A DNA stretch of 64,000 nucleotides from Anolis carolinensis (taxonomy: Eukaryota), in NCBI RefSeq assembly GCF_035594765.1, contig NC_085842.1, forward strand, positions 318,169,749 to 318,233,748, given 5' to 3'. Every line of letters starts with the position of its first letter. Within the stretch, counting starts at the first letter, position 1. The notes beneath the pieces are model-generated. The model worked only from the letters and a program-made list of their open reading frames with translations. It was not told the origin of the DNA and did no database searches. A program made the position numbers and the translations under genes. Positions 49,722 through 62,306 of this stretch are shown here, piece after piece.

Positions 49722-49906
49722 NNNNNNNNNNNNNNNNNNNNNNNNNNNNNNNNNNNNNNNNNNNNNNNNNNNNNNNNNNNNNNNNNNNNNNNNNNNNNNN
49801 NNNNNNNNNNNNNNNNNNNNNNNNNNNNNNNNNNNNNNNNNNNNNNNNNNNNNNNNNNNNNNNNNNNNNNNNNNNNNNNNNNNNNNNNNNNNNNNNNNNN
49901 NNNNNN
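49722..49906. other. Assembly gap (N run)
   Basis: Run of N. Confidence 1.
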
Positions 49907-51295
49907 TAAAAATATATTAAAAAGCCACTTCCTATAATGGAAATCCATGCGGCTGAACTATGAAAGTTAAAGTGGAAGAATAGGACTATAAGAATGGCAT
50001 GTCATTGAGATCTCTGTGTATCCGACTATGCTTGTGGTGCTAAACGAAACTTATCACCTCTTTGTTCCTGAAAATCTTCTGAATTTAACACTTATATCAC
50101 AGATACAATGAAATATATTCCCCTCCAGGCTGGGAAGAGCTGCACCGGTTGCGTTTGGAAAGTATGACTGTGGAAACTTTTGGAAAGTTTACCAAAATCC
50201 ACAATATATTTTTAAATCAGGGACAAAGAGATGTTTTGGTCTTCATCTCCCATAAATCCTAACAGCTGGTAAACTGGCTGGGATTTCTGGGAGTTGTGGG
50301 CCAAAATACCTGGGGACCCACAGGTTGAGAACCACTATAAGCGAGATTCCTACTGAGATCATACACTTGTGTAAATTCATTTATGCTTGCAATTATACCC
50401 CACTTTCTCTTTTGCTAGGGATATATTCATTTCGTGTCTACATGGGTACCCTTTGATGTGCAGTTGCACATTCTTAGATTGTTTGCATTTACCCTGGGTA
50501 CAACTACATTGTAAAATTAATACAGTTTGACACCACTTTGACTGCTGTGGTTTAATGCTTTGGAATCCTGGGAGATATAGCTTTACAAGGTCCTTAGCCT
50601 TTTCTTCCAAAGAGTGCTAGTTTTTCACCAAACTACAACTCTCATGATTGCATAGCATTGATCCATGGCAGTGAAAGTGGTGTCAGACTGCTTTCATGGT
50701 CACCACGTGGGTTTACAGTCAATGTTTAAGGTGGAGGGGAAAATTGATTCCTGGTCTCCAGAGTAAAAGTCCAATGGCTAAACCACTACACAACGCTGCT
50801 CTTTATATACAGGAAACAAGCACTCCATTTTCCCTGGAGTTAGAGGAAAAGCCCCGTTGTGACAGTGTGGACAGCATCAACACAACCACCACCACCATGA
50901 TAATTATACATTTTTTAAGCAGAGAGAACACTTTTCTAGAATCTCTAGATTTCCCAGTATGACCTTATAGTCATCTTACACTTGACATTGACAGTAAAGT
51001 CACACTGGAGGACGTACAAATGCCCAGAGAAGTGTTCTTTCTAAGAATCTTTAGGTCTTCCAGTACAACTCCGTGGTCAACCTCTGGCAGAGCCATGATG
51101 AAGGATATAAGGATTTCTATAGAAAACATATTAATCTAATCCATGAATCCAGAATGATGAAACTTGCAAATGGGAAAGGGAAATTTTACCTTGTTTTCCA
51201 ACTTGAAATAAAAGCCCATGAAAAAATAAACCATCAGAGAGTTCTATGGATTTCCATGAGGAAGCATTTTAGAAATAATAGGGAATATATATATA

Positions 51296-51590
51296 CAGTA
51301 GAGTCTCACTTATCCAACATAAACAGGCTGGCAGAATGTTGGATAAGTGAATATGTTGGATAATAAGGAGAGATTAAGAAAAAGCCTATTAAACATCAAA
51401 ATAGTTTATGATTTTACAAATTAAGCACCAAAACATCATGTTATACAACAAATTTGACAGAAAAAGTAGTTCATTACACATTAATGCTATGTAGTAATTA
51501 CTGTATTTATGAATTTAGCACCAAAATATCATGATATATTGAAAACATTGACTACAAAAATGTGTTGGATAATCCAGAACGTTGGATAAG
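51296..51590. mobile_element. Tc1/mariner MITE, same family as 29931-30235, cut by the gap
   Basis: TA-CAGTAGAGTCTCACTTATCCAAC start and a collinear body. Confidence 0.9.
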
Positions 51591-51724
51591 NNNNNNNNNN
51601 NNNNNNNNNNNNNNNNNNNNNNNNNNNNNNNNNNNNNNNNNNNNNNNNNNNNNNNNNNNNNNNNNNNNNNNNNNNNNNNNNNNNNNNNNNNNNNNNNNNN
51701 NNNNNNNNNNNNNNNNNNNNNNNN
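51591..51724. other. Assembly gap (N run)
   Basis: Run of N. Confidence 1.
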
Positions 51725-51761
51725 GCAAAGATAGTGGAAAGAAATTATTGAGAAAAAAGAA

Positions 51762-51812
<51 letters not shown>

Positions 51813-52108
51813 ACCTGACAGTTTGGGCTTCCAAATTTCAGTTAAAGATGTTATTGCAAGAGGTTTTTTTTTTATCCTGAATGTGAAATGTACAATTATG
51901 TCTAGTTAAGTGCTCCGAAGCCCTTTTCATCACTACCAAAGATCTGAATTAAATTAGCATGCACATGTTTTAAAAAGCCCTTTTATGATCCAGCAGTTAA
52001 ATGCAGGTGTACTAGGACAGGTGATGGGAAGGATGACAGCTAAATTGAATTTTTGGCAAAACCAAATATTTTGAAGAGCTTTTAAAGGCCACTTCTTATC
52101 TCTCCAGG

Positions 52109-52280
52109 CCATCTGATCTTGGAAGCGAAGCAGAGTCAGCCCTTGGTGGGGAGACCATCAGTGAATGCCAGGTGCTTTAAAGCTAAATTTCAGAGAAAGG
52201 AACTGGTAAAACCATCTCTGAGCATTCCTTGCCAAAGAAAACCCTATGAAATCCATATACTAACGGGCAACTTGAACATA
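52109..52280 (+). mobile_element. 5S rRNA-derived SINE, decayed
   Basis: CATCTGATCTTGGAAGCGAAGCAGAGTCAGCCC...GGGAGACC...GAATGCCAGGTGCT parallels 5S rRNA (CGTCTGATCTCGGAAGCTAAGCAGGGTCGGGCC...GGGAGACC...GAATACCGGGTGCT). A non-5S SINE body follows. Confidence 0.75.
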
Positions 52281-53055
52281 TAGACAGAGAGATATAGCAC
52301 TGTGATTCCTGCAAGGGCATCTCAGGGTTCATTGGATAGATGAGATCTCTCTATTTTCTTAATCTTCCTTCCTTTCTGATGCCAGGGAAGGAAGCAGGTC
52401 TACTTTTGCAGGAGGGGAAAGATCCAATGAAATCCCAGTTAGTTTTCAGATTTCATTGAAAGTTCTAAGCTTTTTGCTTTTCCAGAACTGCAGTATCACC
52501 ATGAGTAGACTCTGAGTAATATCACATCTATTGTAAGGCTCTCTTACCAAAAGTTATTCATAGCAGATCAAATCCCTGTGACACCATTTTCTTGCAGGAA
52601 ACATTATTTTCTGTGCTGGTAATAACACAGAAAATGTTGGTTTTCTTGAAGTTTTCAGCCTTTGTCTACCTGCATTAATTGTTAGAGTATATTACCCTAG
52701 AAGTTTAGGCAAATAATGTTTATGGTACCCTTGTTCACATCCACTCTCTTCCTGCATCCTTTATTTTCTTAAGGTTTTACCTACATCATAGAATGAGTGG
52801 AATTTGACTTCCCTTTAATTGCCATGGCTCAATACTATGAAATCATTGGATTTACAGGTTGGTAAGGCACCAGCAGTCTTTGGTAGAGAAAGCCAAAAGA
52901 AGCATTTCATAGCATTGGGCCATGACAATTTAAGTGATGCTGAACTTAATTAATTCTACAGTATAGATGCACCCTGGGTCTCATCAGCCTACTTCTTCTT
53001 TTCCTCCATGTCCTCCACAAAACATGTGCGATGAGAATCCCATTGGGTGAGATAC

Positions 53056-53059
53056 TATT

Positions 53060-53098
<39 letters not shown>

Positions 53099-53536
53099 CA
53101 GCATTTATATTCCGCCCTTCTCACCCTGAAGGGGACTCAGGGCTGATCACATTATACACACATAGGGCAAACATTCAATGCCCATATACACATAGAACTG
53201 AGACAGAGACAGACACAGAGGCAATTTAACCTTCTTCTGAGGGGATGTTCGATTCTGGCCACAGGGGGAGCAGCTGCTTCATCATCCACTGTGACGGTAC
53301 TTCCTCATTCCAACGTCGTAAATTAGTTAAATTTGCCTCCCCACTTTATAAGTGGTACCTTATTTCCTACTTGATAGATGCAACTATCTTTTGGGTTGCT
53401 AGGTCAGCAACGAACAGGGGCTATTTTTTATTTTTTAATTGACGGGTGCTCACCCCGCCACAGGCTGGCCTCGAACTCATGACCTCATGATCAGAGTGAT
53501 TTATTGCAGCAGGCTGCTCACCAGCCTGCGCCACAG
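53056..53536 (-). mobile_element. tRNA-derived SINE with an L2-type tail, same family as 5022-5480
   Basis: (TTTA)n followed by the reverse complement of 5022-5480. Confidence 0.9.
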
Positions 53537-55052
53537 ACTGCCACATAGTATCAAACTTTCTGATACGATATAGTACTTTTCCCCTTTCCCCCCTTTCCTG
53601 AAGAATATGAACCTGTGTTGATTATTCACAAGTATTCATGAGGAAATCTTCTTTTAGATACATTATGAAGAAGACTAAAACCATATGCACAAATGGCTGC
53701 CCCTTGAACCCATTGCTTCTAGCACTTAGTCCAACACAAGGAGAATTGCATGCTCCTCCAGGGCTTCCAGGAAACTCTGGAGTGACTCCAGTCTTTTTGA
53801 GGTGTGGAAAGCTGGTTTGGGATTGATCTGGGCTAATCAATCCAAGCATCAAAAAGAGTCACCATTGGGTTACCATCTAGAAACACCTCTTCAGCAGAGC
53901 CTTTGCCTTGGATGTTTCTTTTTCCTGGAAATCAGATGGTTGTGTACGCTCACAAGAAATATTCCCAGCAAGGCTCTCTAGGGAGATGCTTTTGCCTGGC
54001 CAAACAGCATTGGTTGCCCCAATGTGCTATAGGACTGTCTGACCATCTGGATTCCAAACTGTCTTCAGAGCGCTCCTGTGCTGTCTTTATGGCAGCTCTG
54101 GATCAATCCCCTTGAATTTTTCAAATTATGTAGATATAGCATAGGTCTGATTTCTTTCTCTGCTGGATTTTGGGAATAGGTGGAGTGAATTGATGAGCTT
54201 TTCAAACTTCTGCGTAGTGCACTGGGTTTTCTGTTCATGAGGTTCACTATGATCTCTCATATTATCCACTAGTCTTCTCTTCCAAAAAAATTCATCCTCA
54301 AATTTTGCACGGAAAAAGTCCTGATGTGCGAATATTATCATCAGGGTTTCTTGACACTCAAAAAACATGTTTTTGTACATTATTGTCTGATTGCTTTTAC
54401 AATATTCTGCCCATCCTTATAAGTGCCTGATGGTTGCATTACAAAACAAAAGGAGCAGCTTTACTCATCTTATTATCAAGAGCATGGCAACTACTTTTCT
54501 AAAACCTAATAGCAGAATGGAGTGAATTATAATCTAGAAATTGATTACTAAAATAATTAAATCAAGAGAAAGGGGTGAAAAGAATTGTAATATTGTTTCC
54601 AAAAAAGAACCGGTCTTCCTTTAAATCTCTCCTGAAACAATTTGGTGGGATTTTTTCAGTTCTTCTTAATAAGCTCAGCTTGGGACAACCTGAGACCCGG
54701 GAGCAAACTGTGTTGCATTTAGAGCTCCACAAATGGAAGGGATTGTGTAAAAGAAAGGATAGCTAGTTAGGGCTTTGTCACTTTCCCCGGGCACTCTCCT
54801 CTTGCTCAAAATGCCAGCAACACCCCTGAGCACCTTTCTTTTCCACCGCAAGCTGGCAGCAGCTCGTCCCTTGCAAATACTTGAAGGAAGTTCGCAAGAA
54901 GCCATCCTGCACAAAGGAAGCAGATTACATTCCTGAATGGAGGAAGGCGGGAGGGTGGGTTTGCTAAAGTGGTGGGCTGCTAGTACAGCTGCGGCTGCCT
55001 AGGTCTGTCTTCAACAAGCACTCCAGCTTCCTAACCAGCCACCTTTTGCTCC

Positions 55053-55066
55053 GTTCCCATGGTAAC
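55053..55066. promoter_or_regulatory. RFX X-box
   Basis: GTTCCCATGGTAAC matches the palindromic consensus GTTNCCATGGNAAC and lies in a TE-free, GC-richer island. Confidence 0.5.
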
Positions 55067-55522
55067 ATCTCTATCCTCCGGTGCCCACCGTGTCTCTAAT
55101 GCTTTCGACTAGTTGGATTCTTTGGCACCTGCCTCCCAAGCCAGGTCTTGTCAAATCTTATTAATCCATTGCTCTTGTTTGAAGTGGGGGAAAGAAAAGC
55201 AAGCAAATTGGGCTCACCTGAGATCTCTTTCAAGTCCCAGGAAATTTGCTTTCTCTCCCCTTCAGTTTGCCCCATAGCACCAATACATCTTTGGCAAAAG
55301 CAGTGACAGCGACACTTTGGTTAGCAGTTGTTTCCATTGTTAGCAGCAGTAGTAGTGTTCCAATACGCAGAACTTGGATTCCACAAAAATCAAAACAAGT
55401 TGAAATTTGTCATTGTTTTTGTGCATCTTCCATTTGATGAAGACACACATGACCTCCTCTTCCTCTTGCTGCTTTTCTCTCCTAAATGAGATTCGAAGCA
55501 AAAATGAAATTGTGTCTCTTTT

Positions 55523-56290
55523 AACAACATTAACAACCTTAGGTATGCAGATGATACCACTCTGATGGCTGAAAATGAGGAGGAGCTGAGGAGCCTTATC
55601 ACCAAGGTGAAAGAAGAAAGTACAAAAGCTGGGTTGCAGTTAAACATCAAGAAAACCAAATCATGACAACCACACCTATTGATAACTGGCAAATAGAGGG
55701 AGAAAACGTTGAGGCAGTGACAGACTTTATATTTCTAGGTGCGAAGATCACTGCAGATGCAGACTGCAGCCAGGAAATCAGAAAATGTTTCATTCTTGGG
55801 AGGAGAGCAATGGCCAACCTCGATAAAATAGTGAAAAGCAGAGACATCACACTGGCAATGAAGGTCCTCATAGTGAAAGCAATGGTATTCCCCATAGTAA
55901 CCTATGGATGCAAGAGCTGGACCATAAGGAAGGCTGAGTGAAGGAAAATCAATGCTTTTGAACTTTGGTACTGGAGGAAAATCCTGAGAGTGCCTTGGAC
56001 CACAAGAAGATCCAACCAGTCCATCCTCCAGGAAATAATGCCCAACTGCTCACTGGAGGGAAGGATATTAGAGACAAAGCTGAAGTATTTTGGCCACATC
56101 ATGAGAAGACAGGAAAGCTTAGAAAAGATCACAATGCTGGGGAAAATGGAAAGAAAAAGGAAGAGAGGCCGACCAAGGGCAAGATGGATGGACGGTATCC
56201 TTGAAGTGACTGGCTCGACCTTGAAGCAACTGGGGGCAGTGACGGCCGACAGGGAGCTCTGGTGTGGACTGGGCAAGGAGGTCACAAAGG
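55523..56290 (+). mobile_element. RTE-clade BovB LINE, 5'-truncated and lacking its terminal tail
   Basis: NINNLRYADDTTL (AGGTATGCAGATGAT), FLGAKITADAD, KAMVFPIVTYGC and YFGHIMRR. Confidence 0.9.
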
Positions 56291-56383
56291 TCATCTATCT
56301 TCCTTCGCCTAGCCTTCCTTATGGTCCAGCTCTCACATCCATAGGTTACTATGGGGAACTATGGGGAACTATGGGGAAATATG

Positions 56384-56599
56384 TGTTGTCGAAGGCTTTC
56401 ATGGCTGGGATCACAGGGCTCTTGTGTGTTTTTCGGGCTTTACAGCCATGTTCCAGAAGTATTCTCTCCTGACGTTTTGCCCACATCTATGGCAGGCATC
56501 CTCACAACTTCTGAGGATGCCTGCCATAGATGTGGGTGGAACATCAGGAGAGAATACTTCTGGAACATGGCCATACAGCACGAAAAACATACAACCACC
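56384..56599. mobile_element. Penelope-derived palindromic element
   Basis: Near-perfect arms around CCTCACAACTTCTGAGG and an 11-bp duplication TATGGGGAAAT (56370-56380, 56601-56611). Confidence 0.8.
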
Positions 56600-57145
56600 T
56601 TATGGGGAAATGGCCACTGTGGCCATTGCACAATGGGACAATAAACCAGTAAGTACGCAATCTGTTGTGCATCATTGGTTTTCCACAGAAGGGTGTAGAA
56701 ATCCAACCATGGCATAGAATGACACTATGCAAGCACCATCCAGAATCTCGGGCAATTTCTGTTTCCAAGACATTGCCTTGGAAGTTTGATTTTTTTTTTC
56801 TCCTATAAGGTGCTGTGAATTATCAATTACAGCCATCTCTCCTTATTTGTGGTTTTGACTTTTGTGGATTTGATATGACTCTGTAGTCATAAAAAAAAGT
56901 TATTATAGTTAACTTCCTCCAGTCATGCTAGAGGACCTAGAGATTTCTAGAGAGAAAAACCCCTTAGGGCTGTCTAGCACCTCCAATGAACTTTTGTGAT
57001 CAGTTTCCAACAGAAGCTAGCATAGAATCACGCTGGAAGATCTAAACATCACTAAAGGCGTGTTGCTACAGGTTTTTGACTTTCACAAGAGTTCTTTGCC
57101 CTTAATCCCAATGTCCTTAATCCCAACTCAAGAACAGAAAACGAA

Positions 57146-58011
57146 ATGTTGGTGGACAGGAAAAGAGATTTACAGATGGGCTGAAAGCTAACTTTAAACC
57201 TTGTGGCAAAGACACTGAGAACCGGGAAGTCCTGGTCCTTGAGCACTCTCACTGGAGGTCAACTGTGACCAGCAGTGCAGTGGAATTCGAAGAGGCACAA
57301 ATGGAGGGCAAAATGGAGAAACATGCCAAGAAGAAGGCGCATCAAGACAACCCTGACTGGGGCCGCCTTCCATCTGGAATCCAATACTCTCACTGTGGAA
57401 GAACATGCAGGTCAAGAATAAGACTCCACAGTCACCTACATACCCACCGCCAAGGCACTATACTTGGAGGACCATTATAGGGCCAGGCTGTGGCTCAGCT
57501 GGCTAGTAACCAGCTGCAATAAATCACTACTGACCAAGAGGTCATGAGTTCAAAGCCCGGGTCGGGTTAAGCCCCCGACCATTAAATAACCTGGCTTGCT
57601 GTTTACCCTAAGCAGCCCGAAAGACAGTTGCACCTGTCAACTAGGAAATTTAGGTACGCATTATGCGGGAGGCTAATTTAACTAATTTACAACACCATAA
57701 AACTGCCAGCAGCACGTGGAAAGGAATGAGGAAGTACAGCATTCAATGTCATTCGTGGATGATGAAGCAACAGCTCCCCCTGTGGCTGGAATCGAGCATA
57801 CCCTCATGAAGCTGGAAATGTTAAAATTGCCTCTGTGTGTGTCTCTACTGTATGTTGCTTGTCTGATGGCATTGAATGTTTGCCATATATATGTTCATTG
57901 TAATCCACCCTGAGTCCTCTTCAGGGTGAGAAGGGAAGAATATAAATACTGTAAATAAATAAATAAATAAATAAATACTCAGATAACGAGGGATCACCTA
58001 AATAAGTAAGT
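57146..58011 (+). mobile_element. RTE-clade LINE 3' end with a degenerate C2H2 finger, interrupted by a SINE
   Basis: YSHCGRTCRSRIRLHSHLHTH. It resumes after the SINE as CTCAGATAACGAGGGATCACC plus (TAAG)n. Confidence 0.7.
57480..57977 (+). mobile_element. tRNA-derived SINE with an L2-type tail (variant subfamily)
   Basis: GGGCCAGGCTGTGGCTCAG head, GAGTTCAAAGCC B-box and (TAAA)n tail. Confidence 0.88.
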
Positions 58012-61000
58012 ACATATTTCTCATTCCCCATCTACACAGACATATAATGGAGTATGGTCACAGTAGAATCATTTAATACAATTAAATGCACTATATGGCA
58101 GTGTAGATGGGACCTCAGTTGCATTGATACAGAAAGTCAAGCTGATTGTCTATTATGGCAGCTTCATATCTGTGGCTGGGTCCCTACCTGGTTAGCACTA
58201 TATTATGTAATGATGGGTAAGAATGGGAGTCAGAGAGCTGTCTTATAGAATCCATGCTACAAAGTTTTTAAACAATGCATTTTATGAGCATTGAAAAAAA
58301 CAAACAAGAGAGAGCCTTCTTGGTGGTGGTTCCCAGACTTCACAACAACCCTATGAGGATAGCTAGAGTGAATGTCTCCTTGCATTCCTTACATAGCAGG
58401 CAAAGAATTTTCTACTTTGAAGGAAATCTGATCGGCTTTAGGAAACCAACCTGATTTTAAAGAAAGACCTCATAATAATTTGCCATTATTCATGTTAATG
58501 GCTCTGTTTTAATTTTTAAATTATATTTTAATTTGTTTTTAATATTTTAAACATTGTAATTACATTTTGGGGATACTCTTTTATATGTTGTTATCCACAT
58601 GATATATTTTTTTTGAATGTCATAAGCTGTTTTGAGTGCCAGTCCTAGAAAAAGTCTGGATATAAATAAAGGTAATGATAATAATTATCTATGTAATTAG
58701 AACATTTTAATTATAATAATTATTTACAAAAAGACGGTTAAGCACAGGACTTAATTTCCCCGTTCTCCCTCCTCCTTTCTTATTTCTTGTGCATCAAGTC
58801 TTACATTTTGGATTGGGAGCCTGAGGACATGCCCTGTCCTATTATCTATCTTGAAACCTGCTCTGGGATCTTTTCTAGTTAAAGGTTGAGGGTATGCACA
58901 TTTTAAATAAGTAAATAATGAATAAATAAAGAGATGCAAAGCGCACACAATTAAAACAACCTCTCTTTTTTCCTTGTTAAGGTTATTTATTTGGGTCAGT
59001 AATGTTGGTGAGTTAAAAAAATTGAAAATCATCCCAGATGGGAATAAAAGTTGAAACTTTTACAGGAAAGTTAATTTAAATGACGGATTTTGAGATGCTA
59101 AGCCCCGAAATCGCCAGCTGAGCTTGTATATTCCCATGATTAAAGATTGGAAAATGTATAATTTTGGCTTCCAATTTCCCAGAATTTCTTAACTAGACTG
59201 ACTGTTTGCTGAGGAATTCTTGTTTACTCTCATCAGATAGTTATTTTCCTGTCTTTGATTATGGAAATACCAGAGGAAGAGAAAGAAAGAGACGAGGAAT
59301 GAGAAATCTGAAATGGAATCTTTAGTTCATGGTTATGTCATTCTGTATGCAACAACATTGTAAACAACAACAACAACAACAACAACTCTTTATTGATTAG
59401 TCAATTTTGACCGTATCAAAATATGTGAAACCGGGATGCATTGTATCTATACATTCCCATTGTATATGGATACTAACTATGCTTTGTACATGGATGTGCA
59501 AGGCAAGCTTAGTTGTGTGTTCAAATGAATGTGTTTCATCCTGGCTCAGTTGCACAGTATTGCAATTGAACACAGGAGTTGTGTAGCACAATACAAGTAC
59601 AACTTTGCCTGCAGTGATTCACACAATAGTAAAAAACCAGAGGTCACCTCACACAATCATGCATGTTCTTCAGGTGTGGTTGTTGTGTGCCTTCAGGTCA
59701 TTATGCTGACCTTATACAAATCTATCCTAGTGTTTTCCAGGCAAGATTTGTTCTGAAAAAAGGTTGTTATTGCTTTTCTCTGAGTGTGATTTGAGGCTAA
59801 AAGAGTGTTTCAATAGCTAACCAGGGTTTCTTTCCAAATTCTAGTCCAACACTCCAATCACCATGGTGGCACTCACACTGTGCTGGCTTTTCGGATGCAG
59901 CTGGACATGTCTGTTTAAGATCTGCACAAATGGCATTATTGCACATACAGATGAGTATTTGGTTATGCATTCTTTTCCACATTGGAAAGGGGGTTACATT
60001 CAGTTTTCCAATTCTGCCCTTTGACATAAGGATCATGTAGTGTAATCAGTACCTAACTCCACATGAAGAAATATACACTGCATGTAGGATCTTGGCCATG
60101 TTCTCCAGCTACTCCTTTGCGGATTTTCTGGATGCAAACATGAGCAACCAAGGGCAGTGGAAGACCCTGTTCCCTTTGAGTCACAACTCCTGCCAAGAGC
60201 TATTATTTGAGCCTGTAATGTGACAGCTTATGGTCATACTTGTATACTATATTTTGTCTTTATTAAGAAAGGGACAGTCATTTTCAACTCGGCTCCAGAG
60301 AATAAGAATGACAAAAGAGGTAAGGTGACATCCTTTTAGGATCACCTCCCATGCTAAAGAAGCATTCACTCTTAATGCAAGGACTGGAATTACATGAACA
60401 CCTTCAGCGGGTGGTTGATGCTCAAGGTCAGTTGATAATTTGCATTGTTTATATATGCAAAGGTTTATAACTGCCTGCTCATTCATGTATTTCACACACA
60501 CACATATATGAAGGTTGGGGGTTATTTTTGTTTTTTTAAAGCAACAAGAACAACTAAATGCACAATGCCCTTAAATGAAAGAAATAATATTGTTGGTACT
60601 TTGACCCAACTGTGTCATGTTGAAGCTACTGTATATTGAAGTTCCAGGTCTGACATGAAGATTCTAATATCTTCTACTGAAACAATTGCAGAATGGTCAT
60701 TTTCACACCAAAGTTGTGAGGTGGAGTTCCACATCACTATACAGTGCACTCAGAGATGTACGTACATATGTTTTCTGCAGTGTTTCAATTCACTAAACAG
60801 GCAACATTGCTGAACTGTTACTGCATGTGCTCTATGCTACACTCCATTTCCTTGCTGTGATAACTTGGCAATGGTACAGAAAGGTCAACAGACCTGTTTT
60901 GATGCTTAGAAGATGCTTGTCCCAAATAAGTGGAGGTGGATAGGGAAGGATGTGCTTAATTCTCAACTTCTCCGCCATTTACTCTATCAAAATCATACCC

Positions 61001-61974
61001 AATTTAGTTTTTATATGGAAAATGGCTGAGAATCAACAGCCCAGGCAAGGTAGGAGGATTTGAAACCATTGCAGGAAGTGTAGAAAAAGCTGTCTCTTTT
61101 TACGGTTCAAGAATTGAGTCATTAGTGAAATGAAGACAGAAGTTCATTTTGTGGCATGCTGGTCCAGATGTCAGCATTCAATATGAGCAATCTGGGCCTG
61201 AAACAAAAGTACACACAAGTTAACCATGCTACAACATATAACAACACATTAAAATCTTAGGAAGACATTGATAATGGTTTCATATTAGTCAGTATAAACT
61301 GCCCCATTCCTCAGTGTGACATAGTTGCAGATATTTAAATATGGCTCTCTACCTTCTCTCCTCCAAGCTAAACATTTCTGTGTCCTAAGCCACTTGTCAC
61401 AGGACTTGGCTTCCAGACCTTTTACCATTTTGATCACTCTCTTGGGACATGCATAGCATTATATTTCTTGAATTGTCATGGCCACATCTGCCCGGATCTT
61501 GCAAATTTTCAGCATTTAGAACGACATGACACCTTTGTAGTCAATATCAATACTGTAGTTTAGAATAGTCCAACAGTCAATCATGCTCCCTTCCAGAATA
61601 CTTCATTCCATGTCCTGTATTTCTTGTTGAACAACTAGTCAGCATCTGTGCTTTCTCATTTTGTTCCATCTTCATTATGTTCTTTGGAAATTTTTAGCCA
61701 CAACAGGAGAAACAGAGTTTATAGGTTGTTGGATCTCACCAACTTGCCAATCTTTTGGGAAACTCCATCTTGTGTTCATGCTTCTTTCCCGGAATTAGTG
61801 TTAGTACACAGAGTTTGTGGTTATTTTATCCAAGATACACTTCGGGGATAGTATGACTGAAAATGGAGGAATGAGAGAGAGAAAAATAGCACAAGAAACC
61901 TCTGTACATACTCTGTACATACTTTGGTTTCAATATTTTGCTGAAAAATACAGTAATACCCTGCGAAGTGAAAA

Positions 61975-62306
61975 GTAGTAAGGACACAGAAATGTTTAGC
62001 TTGGAGAAGGTAAAGAGCCATGTTTAAATATCTGCAAGTATGTCACATTGAGGAGTGGGATAGCTTGTTTTCTGGTGCACTAGAAACTTGGCTATGGGAC
62101 CATGGATTTACATTGCAAAAAAGAAGATTCCACCTAAACATTAGGAAGAACTTCATGATGGTAAGACCTGTTCAAAAGCAGAATATGCTTCCTCAGAGCA
62201 GGATGGAGTGTCCTTCTCTGGAGTGCTTGGGTTGTGTCTCCCTATATGGCAAAATGATACAAGACTTGATGACCCTTGTGGTTTCTTCCAGCTCTATGAT
62301 TCTATG
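61975..62306 (+). mobile_element. Old CR1 3' end; other old CR1 fragments at ~1590-1815 (+), ~61270-61480 (-) and ~63440-63700 (+)
   Basis: [14 protein letters not shown] and a TCTATGATTCTATG tail. Confidence 0.75.

Noticed and set aside
49681-51909. ORFs containing X runs
   Set aside because: Artefacts of the assembly gaps.
52109-52195. 5S rRNA gene
   Set aside because: It is truncated, has an internal deletion and many substitutions, and continues into a SINE body, so it is a 5S-derived SINE.
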